DNA of 64,000 nucleotides. Source: Camelus ferus (lineage: Eukaryota). The position numbers were made by a program, and so were the translations under genes. A model generated the notes under the pieces. That model worked only from the letters and a program-made list of their open reading frames with translations, ran no database searches and was not told where the DNA came from. Position 1 is the first letter of the stretch, and the number at the start of each line of letters is the position of its first letter. The DNA is taken from positions 37,822,001 to 37,886,000 of the forward strand of contig NC_045696.1 of assembly GCF_009834535.1 (NCBI RefSeq), in the 5' to 3' direction. Shown here piece by piece: positions 53,963-64,000 of the stretch.

Positions 53963-54809
53963 TGGGTATTTTCCAGGACTTTATGTTTGCACAGTTGGGT
54001 CATTTTTATATATGTGCTTGGAGTGATTGGAAGGTAAAAGAAACCAGTAATGGTTACATTTAATTTGCCACTGCTAAAAGAAAGAAAAGGAATATAATCC
54101 ATCTCTTAAATGAGGAAAAGAGACAGCAAGGCTGAAACCTGGTAACACCATCTTAGTACCTACACTCAGCCATGTCTGAGATAAACTCTACTCTGGACTT
54201 TTCAGGATAAGATTCCGATTCCTTAAATTATTATCGTTGGCACTGCTGTTGTTTAAAGTCAGTTACAACTGGAACTTAAACATAGATGTCTCACTACTCC
54301 TTCTGTTTCCAACAAATGTCGCCAAGGCTTTATTTTCTGAGGATTGATATATTTAACCTACATTAAATGTAATACAGAAAGAATTTATATCCACATATAT
54401 TCTTCCAAACCATAAATAATTTAAAAGGTTGCCTTTTCTCCCTGCTTTTTCTCAGTTTAGTACTCTAGTGACAGAACTAGAAATAAAACAAACATAGCTC
54501 ATTATATTTTTATTATCTGCTAACTCATATGCTCAGAAACAAAACAAGCATACCAATATTTGCTCTTTACTAAATAGAAGAAGCATGGACTGATACTCCC
54601 AGTTCCAGACAATGCAGGCTGCTTAATTTCACGGCAGGGACATGGTGTTGAGAAAGAAACAGTCACGTACGAGACTTAACCCTTTTTTTACTTTTATACA
54701 GATTGCTCTACTTCTTAATTTTTGAAAATTTTTAGCTTCTGAAGAGTACATCTCTGTGTGACTACTATGACTTGTTATGGATGTTGTTATAGCTGAGTCT
54801 CTTGGTGCC

Positions 54810-55620
54810 TGTGGTGGACTGAAATCTGGCCCCCAAAATGTCTGTCCTAATTCTCAGAACCTGTGAGTGTGTTACATCATCAAATCATTTCTGAGAATAA
54901 ATCTTTTAAACTCAGATTATGTTTTACCTTTATTTCCATTAAATGAATAAACATAAGTGTTTGCTGAGAATCAGATTCAGTGAAAGTTTGGAATATGCTA
55001 CACTTTGCTTGTGAAGATGGAGGAACTGGTCATGAGCCAAGAAATGCAGGCAGCCTCCAGAAACTGGAAAGGGCAAGAAAATGGATAGTTCCCTACTCTC
55101 CAGAAGAAATGCAGTGCGGGATCTCCCCCACTATCTGAAAATAGAGCATTCCTATGAAACCTTTTGTAAACCACAGGGCATAAAGTGAAGAACGAATTAC
55201 CCTAGGACACATCTTGCTGATGCATCCACAAAATAAATCAAGGAGAAGCACAGATGCTCACAGACACAGTTCAAAGCTGTGGCGGCTTGATGCTGAGATG
55301 CTGAGTATACTTCCTGGGGAAGGAGGTTGGCACCTCTATGACAGCTCCCAGCAAAACAAATGCTGGCTGCTATTTTCACTTTTTTCCTTTTTTCCATAAA
55401 AGCAAAAATCAAATTTGGATTTTTTTTTCATTTGGCAAAAAGAGTTAGCTCTTCATAAAAGCAAAGTGGCATAAAGTGAAGTTTCAAAAAGTAGCAGAAC
55501 ACCTTGGTTCATCTCAGTAAAACCCATTCTGACCCCCAGAATTGTAAGATAATATATTAGTCTTCTTTAAGACATTGTATTTTTAGTAACCTGCTACAAC
55601 ACCAAAAGGAAACTAATGCA
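54810..55620 (+). mobile_element. MLT1D-like LTR containing a Tigger MITE
   Basis: tgtggtggactgaaatctggccccc start; gagccaagaaatgcaggcagcctccagaaactggaaagggcaag; ends ggaaactaatgca; near-TSD gtgcc/gtgtc. Confidence 0.85.
55117..55505. mobile_element. TcMar-Tigger-type MITE
   Basis: Degenerate TIRs cgggatctcccccactatctgaaa / ttcaaaaagtagcagaacacctt; subterminal ggcataaagtgaag at both ends; interrupts MLT1D. Confidence 0.72.
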
Positions 55621-57001
55621 GTGTCCCCACCCCTTGCTGCTGCTGGTGCAGATACAGAGACTTACGTCTCACTGCAAAACCTTCTGGAGGATACCCTTTG
55701 GTGATGGAAGCTGCCTACCCCTGTAGTCCTGGTATTTATGCTGCAACCCCCCACACTGGTCGCACAACTCCACAGGCAATAACCGACTTGGATGGAGGTA
55801 TATATGCGCCATTGGCCTGTCTCAAGTGTGAGCAGACACGGCAGCACAAATTACATTTACAAATGATCTCACCATGATCAGCTAGACCTCATCTGAAGAC
55901 GCATTCTCACAGAGCTCCTCTGCCATCCCTATCCTGCTTCTCTCGTTCCTGTACATGTTTTCCTGAGAGCAAGGTCACAGTCTTGCATCCAATTGCTCAC
56001 TCCAATTTCTGCTTCTGGAGTACACCTAAACCAAGTACAATTTTATTTATTTATTTTTTTTGCTCTCAAATAGATTGACACCTTTTCACAGACATTGCTC
56101 TTTTACTCTTATAGTATCCAGAAAGCTAAGTAAGATATAACTATGCTTTCAACATTTCCCTAAATTCAAACATGGCTAAATTAGTTTAAATATGACTAAT
56201 TTTTTTTTCATTTCTAATACAATTAGCCAATTCTATTACAATTTATATATTTATCTATACAATTATTTGTTTAATTACTAGTTAGAATAACTATACACTG
56301 CCTATTATGTACCTTTCAAATGTGAACACACTTTACATCAACAGTAAGAAAATTCATGGATCAAATTTTTCAAATCTACCTAATGACTGTGACAATTTTT
56401 TTTTTATAACAATGTGACTCCTATTAAAATTACTTAGTAAATCTGTTTATCTTCTATTGGCCTCAAAGCAGTTTTATGGAAAAGAAAATTAATTTACACA
56501 TCCAGACTTCATATATGAAATAGTCATTTTAGCATTAATGGAAAAGCACAAATTGTAGTTTTCAAAGCCCAGTGAACCTACTTCTAGAATTTATATGATC
56601 CCCATTCTTGCAAAATTACTAAAAGTGTAGATACTTTAATACATATCACTTAACATTTTCAAAAGGAAAACAAATTGCTTTACTGAAGGAAAATTTATTC
56701 AATAAAAATAATATTGTTACCTAAGTACTGAGCATAAAAATGAAAAAGTATTAAAAGACTGCTCTCAATTTCACTTCTATTATTGCCTGAAAAATAATGC
56801 CCATGTTATTAGTTGTAGCAGCAAGAAAAAAGAGTAGTAGAGTATAGTTAATTACTGGATTATAGATACAAATAATTTTGTATTAGTAGAGTATGAAAAC
56901 CGCATTATATATTTCAAATAGAATATATTAAATTTAAAATAAGAGCCCACTTTTTAAATACCTTGCATTAGTGAATAAAGCAGAGGTGACTACTTTTTTT
57001 C

Positions 57002-57154
57002 TTTTTTTAAAATTTTTATATATATATATATATATTTTAGAGGGGAGGTAATTAGGTTTATTTATTTATTTTTTAGAAGAGGTGCTGGGAATTGAACCCA
57101 GGACCTTGTGCATGCTAAGCATGCACTCTACCACTTGAGCTATACCCTCCCCCC
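57002..57154 (-). mobile_element. tRNA-derived SINE (camelid Vic-1-like)
   Basis: rc reads ggggggagggtatagctcaagtggtagagtgcatgcttagcatgcacaaggtcctgggttcaattccc (A and B boxes), with taaacctaattacctcccc and (AT)n/A tail; TSD ctacttttttt at about 56990 and 57155. Confidence 0.93.
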
Positions 57155-57184
57155 CTACTTTTTTTTCCTTGCTTTAATGTGACT

Positions 57185-57570
57185 TCATTCATTTAATACA
57201 TTTATCAGGCACCTATAACAACCATACACAGGACTCAGCACAGGTTATGCAAGATGAATAATATAATGTCCCTGACTTCAAGGAGCTGTAGTCTAGTGGA
57301 AAAGATGAGCAGAGAAAAAATAAAAAGCAATTACAGAACAATCATTTCTTCAGTAGGGGTAGGTAAAAGTGCTAAAAACAAGTATAACTTAGAGAATTTC
57401 AAAATAAATATGAATGTTCCGTGAAAGGCTATACAGAGGAGAAAGCATCTAAGAGGGCTCTTCAAGTTAGAGTAGAAGTCAGCTAGTGGGCAAAACAGAG
57501 AACCAGTCATTCTATGCAGAGGAACACATGTGCAAAGACATGGCGGTGAAAATGCACAGACAGACTTCTG
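57185..57570 (-). mobile_element. L2 3' end
   Basis: cattcatttaatacatttatcaggcacct; tccctgacttcaaggagctgtagtctagtgg; gcagaggaacacatgtgcaaagacatgg. Confidence 0.8.
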
Positions 57571-58644
57571 AGAGTAGCGTCTGATGTAAGCATCTGACAG
57601 ATAACTCTTGGCTGTAATATGAAGTATGAAATAAAATATGTTTTGAAGTTTTCTGCACCATGACCCACAGTAAAAATTTTATTTTCATTATGGCCCGGTA
57701 TACACACAGAGATGCATAAAATAAAAATGGAAACATAGGTTCCACAGAAATAATGCTTACCCTTACTGTGTGAGACATATTTGATAATTTCTACTCTGGT
57801 CAGTTCATTCTATTCTGAAAATCCAGTGGTCATGATGTACTAAGTTGATCTCATGAAGTTTGAACCATAATTTAAACAGAAACCCTGTTAGCAAGAGAGG
57901 CTAGGAAAAAGACACAGCTATCGCTGAAGTGGGAAATATTGAGAATCTAACACTGTACCCAACCAAAAACATACATAAGGATGAAGAAGAGGATGGAGTC
58001 ATTATACTTTACTGTAAACCTTGTCTCATTGTCTGCCTTCCACTTGGGGATGAGACCTAGGTTTTTTTTGTTGTTGTTGTTGTTTTTTATTAAGCTCACT
58101 GTCCCCTAACACATTACCTGGGACAAACTAAGTGTTTAATAGGTCTTTGATGAATGAATAAATAAATATATGAATGCTAGGCTGGAGAGATGCTTAGAAA
58201 ATGAAATCAAGAACATACCCAAGTAATCGGACGTAGCATGTAAGCCAACATATCATGAAAATAAAAGTTAGACTTGTAAGGGTTTTGGAGTACCTGTAGA
58301 AAAAATTAGTACAGGTAAGTACACCATCATCATACATCCTACCTGGAAGTTAACATATCTTTCTCAAATTATGGCATAAACCAACAAACCATCCAGATAT
58401 TTATTTAGATCATTTTTCTGTTATTTTGTATGGAGAAATTAATAAAGTTATAAATGAACTGTATATTTGATGAAAAGTTCTGTAATTCTATCCAAATGGC
58501 TAACTGTAAAAAGGCTTTTCTTTACTATATCTTGAATCACCAGTTCTTGATCTTTGCTGTAAAACCAGAAAAGGATTGTCTTCAGTTCTAGAGAACATTT
58601 CATTTGAACATAGTGTTGGTGGTGGACGTGGGGTAAGAGAGTAC

Positions 58645-59438
58645 CTAGTCCTTCTGCATGGGCATCAGTAAGTGAAGCTGCAATTTCAGCGGGCAGGCCA
58701 AGGTCCTTTGCTGCCTCTGGTGTAAGTGAGCCCATTTCCAAGAGAAGCTCCAAGAGGCAGCACTTGGTTTCCTATTTTGCTGTAACTGTCTGCAATCAAG
58801 TCTTCCCAAATCAGTCATCTTCCAGAAACTGTTGTCCCGGCCTTTCTCTGCCAAGTATGTCCATTTGCACACCAGGGAGCAAAGAGATCTTATTGTGACA
58901 CCTGTTACCTTTCATGATAAGAGGTCTGGGAGATCAAAGACATGTGCTGCCTTATCCCAGCAAGTCTCTCCCAAGTTCTTTTTTAGCCACAGAATCTTCA
59001 GGGCCTGCATTTCCAAGGACACCAGGCCCCCAGTGTACTGCAGGATGCTGTGTTTGGTTTCCGTGATCCTGTGGACCTGACTGACTGACTGGTGGTCGTG
59101 GAAACATAATGACATTGTGAAGGGAATCCCCTACACGGTTCATTGGTAAAGGATGAAACTGCTTATTCAAAACAACCAGAGAACATATGGCATTAAACCC
59201 AAGTCTTAAAACTTTTTTTTTAAATTGACCCCTTGTGCAACATTCTCTACAACACTTATCCCAGATTGTCCTTGGAGGACTGCTCGTGGTTGTTGAACTG
59301 AGGCTCCCACTGATTAATTGGCTGGTCTATGCAAGCCAAGAGGGTGCCCCTCTGGTCCACCAGCCCCTCATGGACACTACTTGTCTCAACGTCCACACCC
59401 ACATAGTAGCTACCTGGTTCCTGATCTCCATCAGGCAT
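58645..59438 (-). pseudogene. FGGY: Processed pseudogene of FGGY carbohydrate kinase domain-containing protein (N-terminal ~267 codons only)
   Basis: Consecutive minus-strand frames: [134 protein letters not shown]. All match mammalian FGGY as I recall it. No introns, several frameshifts, and a TGG>TGA stop at 58914-58912. Confidence 0.95.
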
Positions 59439-60839
59439 TGCCATCCCTCCAGTTGTCCAATCTGAAATCCACTTTTATAATATGTTAATTATGGATTATT
59501 TACCTCATCGTATCTAAATTCAGAGGTACAAGACAAATGTTTTCCATTGAAATTGTGAACTGTTAAGCAAAATAAAATAAATTATTGTAAGGGGAGGTAT
59601 TTTGCATTCTTTCACAGAGAAACAAGTTTTAGAGTTTGTGTATAATTGTAAAAGGAACAGCAGCATAGAGTATACATTCAGAAACAAGATAGTAAGTGGA
59701 ATAAAAAAGGAAAAAAGATTTCATTAGCTCAAAAATTTTTAAATCTTAATAAAATACTATGACTATATTTTAAGCCATTCTTATTTTAAACTCCCAACAA
59801 ATAAGAATGAACAAGAATTACAGGAATTATGTAGAAATTAACTCAAGTTAGTCATTTTAAAAATATTTTTAGATGCAAGCAATAGTGAATGCTAACAGTT
59901 CAGGGTTTCTGTTCTTTTATTTCATTTCTTATCCTTTCTTCTCTGTTTCTTTAATTTTCACCTGAGACTTTCTTTCTATGTCCCTGTTTTGAAATCTCAA
60001 AGAAAGAAAAGAACTGTCTCAAAGATAAGACACTTCCAAGATTACATACCAACTTTTATAAAAAAAAATTTCCATTAAAAACAGCACTTTAAGTGTATTA
60101 AAAAATATATAGCAAACCAATGCACAGAAATGTTGAAATTCCCTATCCAACTGGTACACCTCAAAGTATACTGCCTAATCAAATACTGAATTGATAAAAC
60201 CTGGTGATAACACTGAACATAACCAACTTGATATATTCTACCTATATATTTAGAATGTTAATTGGATAAAAGGCTTGTGTAACAAGATCTTTACAATAAA
60301 ATTATGGCTTCTCTCTCAAATAATCATTTTTTAATAATGGTTTCCTTGTTTATCATTTTTTCTGTATACTTAAGCACTTTTTAAATCATTTTCTTGCTGG
60401 AGATTCAATTATGCTGGCAGCTTTATGAATTCCTTTGTATTTGTAAGGCAGACACATTGCTTGTTTATATATGGGAATGACTATCTGAATATACTGTTGG
60501 GAGGCTGTCCTAGTGCCTTCCCACTTATTGTCTGCTCTCGGAAGTGCTTTAATAAATTATTTCTTAAAAATAACTCTTAATGTATGCTTTTTTTCCTTTT
60601 ATACTACCTAATTTCCATTTCCTTTAAAGACTATTTGTTTAAATTTTCTATAACTAATAATTGAATTAATTTTTACATATTATTTTTTTTTTTTAGCAGA
60701 ATACAACAAAACAATGAAATGCCTAATGCTGATCCAAGATACTCTAACCAGTGTTCAGCTGGTCTGGAGCCTTTAAATACTAACTATTCTGTGGAAGATG
60801 GACATAATCACACAGAAATGTAGATCCTTGGAAAGAGAT

Positions 60840-61330
60840 GCTCAGGTAATAACAGCAGTGGTAGGAATCATAAAGTTCCCCTAACGTAGTCTTCATTGTA
60901 ACAGGGGAAATTTATAATAAATATGAGAAATAAATAAAATGAATATTATACTAGTCAATGATAATTGCTAAGAAGACAAAACAAAGCATACAAGGATGAT
61001 ATGGGATGGAGGTACGCTTGAGGATTTAGAGGGGGTGGCCACACAGACCGCCACTGAGATGTGACTTTTGAGTAAAGAGAAGGCATATGAAAGTGACTTG
61101 GCTAGCCGCAGTGATGCTCTAAGATCATTCCTGTCAGAGAGACTAATGAGTGTAAGCATTTGAGGCAGAGGTCTGACTGATGTTTCTGGGAACTACATGG
61201 AACCTTATTTGCTAGAGTAAAGTCAATGCATGGGAGATGGTTGGCAACGTGGTCAGAGATGTAATGGGAAGAAGATTATGCAGGTTAGGCTCTGTTAAGG
61301 CTTTTTGCTTTAATTTGAGTGATATTCAAA
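60840..61330 (-). mobile_element. L2 fragment
   Basis: gggggtggccacacagaccgccactgagatgtgacttttgag; ggtcagagatgtaatggg; aaggctttttgctttaatttgagtga. Confidence 0.75.
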
Positions 61331-64000
61331 GCCATTTAAATGAACATGAGTGTTAGGTGCCCACATAGTTGTAGCTAGCAGACCAGATCAATTTTAAATT
61401 ATTCCATGCTGCTAGATCAGTCATTTCTCCTCATTTTTTCCATCTTGAAGATCATGTTGATATCTCCTGTTCAGTGAAGCCTCCTCTAGTGCTCTTCACT
61501 CTCTCAGTTTATATTTTTATTCATTTTCTTTCAATTTGTGATTTGGCAAGTTTGGGAACGAGATGGAAATAACGACAAGTTTAATGAGAAGTCTATATTT
61601 TTGAACAACTGGCAAACCTAATAAGCATGTCCAACATACTGAACATCCAACAGAATGGATTCTGATGGGTAAATTTTGACCTTCATATCCAGTCACATTC
61701 CTGTATTTGAGCTTTTTTTCTTTTTTGTCTCTCACAAATGTATATTTAAGAAGAAGCTTGAATTTGATTAAAAATATGTATCTACAATATACACAGCCTG
61801 TTTCTCTAAGCTTGGAAAATGAAAAAATGTTTACAGTCATAGACAAAAACATATAAATGCTTGGTTTATATATATATAAACACATTTATAATGCTTAGTA
61901 TAACATAATTACTTGGTAACATTACTTAGCATAATAGTATTAATTAATATAATTACTAAAGTAGAACTTCAGTTTAAAAATAGGTAGCAATTATTTAATG
62001 TCTGTATATTTGCATTTTTACATGTTTCTCCAACCAAGTCATTAGTTTCAAATCTTAATCTTACACCATTTCTTCTTGAAATAACTACAGTAGCAAAAAT
62101 TCTTGTCAATAGGTTATACTAAAATAAAGAGACATTACAGAAAATAGTATGAAACTATGCAGTGACTATGCAGATTGTATGACATGTTTTTAATTCCTTA
62201 CTAATCTCCATTTTTAGAAGCTGTTCATCTCAGCTACACTCATTGTTGCATCCTTTCATTTTATGGCTGATGTAGAAGACTTCAGGGGTTTTTCTTGTTT
62301 TCCTCTCAGGCCAGAGCATCTTAGCTTTCCAAGAAACGCATCTCCTGCCTCTTGCATTGGTGGTTGCTGTCCCACATGCTCACATTTTGAACTGCTGTGC
62401 TTTCCTTTTCCAGGAATTCAATGTCTATTCAGTAGTAGTGTTTGTCTTACAAGCTCTTGATTACAGTTCACTTTAAAATTAGGAAAAGGTAGGCTATTTT
62501 GTTGTTCTTGTTAGGGCAGTTTGGGTGTAATTTTCTTCTTCTACAGCTTTGCTTGCTCATAAAAAAAAATTATATTTTTTCCATTGACAACTTATTTTTA
62601 TCTGGAAATATTCTCATTCTTTTTTCTCATCTTCTGAATGCTAAGACTCAAATTACTGTTCCTTTTTTTTTCAGTTTACTACATCAGAAATGATAGTTTC
62701 CTGAGTAAAATGAATAATCGAATGCACACACAAAATATTTCCAGAATATTGTATTATTCAAAATGCATCATGTTAATTAGAATTATCTAAATACTCATTT
62801 TAAATGTCTTGGCATTTTAAAGATTCATAATAATAAATTCTAAATTTCACACTTGATAAAAATATACATTAAGAGGTCCTTTATTTAACTTAAAGAATGG
62901 CAAAATATTGTCAATATTAAAGAAAGAAATGCTTGTTATTTGCCAATCAAGATCTGATTTTTCTTAATTCTATTCCTGCTATTTGTCCAAATTGTGCAAC
63001 AAATACTTATGTTCTTGAAGTATGCCATGTTTATTCTAGATTTTAGGTTATGGCAGTAAACAAATAGGCTTGCACTCATGAAGCTCTGCTTTGGTGTCAG
63101 ATAATACTAATTTACCAAATATTTATTAAATAATAATAATATTTATTACTTCAATTTGAAAGAATATATGAGTAGTAGATTATGCTATCATTTGTTTGGT
63201 TATGTCAAACAATTTTTTGCACAGCCATGAAAGGTAATAAATCACTAAGATAGAATTCACTAATAATTTACTAAACTCGAGTGACTGAAAATTTAACAGA
63301 GTATATTAGATTTAGATTTCACATTTAAAGAGAACCTGAAATAAGCAGATTAATTATAAAAATATATTGATCATCTAAAAAAAAGAAAAGCTTTGCCACT
63401 ATAACATTGCTAAAGATGTTTTTGACAAAGTAAAATTGAAGAAAAATTCTTTCATCGTGAAGGGTTTATCATTGATTTTTCTTTGTCAATCTTTTTGTGC
63501 AGGTTTTCCCAAACCTCCACAAAGCAATCATTGATATCAAAGGAATTCCTTTTGATGCCAAAATCAGCTATCAAACATATGGCTTTCCCATGTTAAATAT
63601 GTAATTAATTTTTCTTTCTTAAAACATCAAGCTAAAACATAGCTGTAGTTACTATATATTTTTAGACATTTATAAAATCCAGAACAGTGTAAGGAAATGC
63701 AGCTAACAAATTATGCATCTCTTTTAGTAGGTCTTTTTATATACCAGATATTTGGATTATAAAGAAAAACACTTTATTGTAAGAACTTCCAATGTACCCA
63801 GATGGAAATACATTGTAATGAAAAAGATAAGCCCATATGCTATGAATTGGCAACAGCTGTTTCATTTTCATCCTATGGGATGAGGGAGGAACAGAAACTG
63901 GAACACCTTGATGAATATTAAGATGCTAAGGAATAGGATACTGGCAAGATAATTCTACAGATTTTAAATTCTTTGTGGCAATATCACTAAACCTAAAGGC

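Larger units (their letters stand above)
54782..56038 (+). mobile_element. LTR16-like ERVL LTR, split by MLT1D
   Basis: Rejoined flank ttggtg(c/t)cccaccc matches an LTR16 5' end; 3' part cctatcctgcttctctc..ttcctgagagca..tctgcttctggagtacacctaaaccaagtaca. Confidence 0.65.

Noticed and set aside
57085..57154. tRNA-like sequence
   Set aside because: It is the head of a SINE with tail and TSD, not a tRNA gene; the same applies at 11880-11951.
58061..58090. T-rich/(TTG)n tract as a possible poly(A) of the FGGY retrocopy
   Set aside because: About 550 bp from the end of homology, embedded in an L2-like 3' end, and no matching TSD found at the 5' side.
61517..61885. 122-aa minus-strand ORF
   Set aside because: Low-complexity AT-driven composition, no recognisable homology and no splice context.
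1..64000. Prokaryotic-type systems (operons, CRISPR arrays, defence islands)
   Set aside because: The sequence is mammalian and repeat-rich with no dense ORFs or repeat-spacer arrays.

Overview
AT-rich, gene-poor mammalian (eutherian) genomic DNA, most likely camelid: two tRNA-derived SINEs resemble the camelid Vic-1 type, and the young L1 3' ends are cetartiodactyl-like. The window is dominated by interspersed repeats: four copies of one relatively young L1 subfamily, many old L1M/L2/MIR fragments, MaLR (MLT1) and ERVL LTRs, an ERV1-type solo LTR, a decayed ERVL gag-pol remnant and Tigger-type MITEs. I can support no intact protein-coding gene; nearly all ORFs in the supplied track are L1 debris or chance ORFs. 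The one recognisable gene-derived sequence is a decayed, intronless FGGY retrocopy on the minus strand (about 58645-59438). Its homology stops at a G|GT junction and continues into a non-FGGY open tail, suggesting a truncated or partly spliced source transcript. Other notable structures are a base-precise twin-priming L1 inversion, a templated-insertion scar beside the solo LTR, a three-level nested TE stack and a ~170-bp imperfect palindrome. I did not find convincing evidence of a new multi-gene biological system. Repeat family names come from recalled consensus sequences, not a database search, and boundaries of old repeats are approximate.
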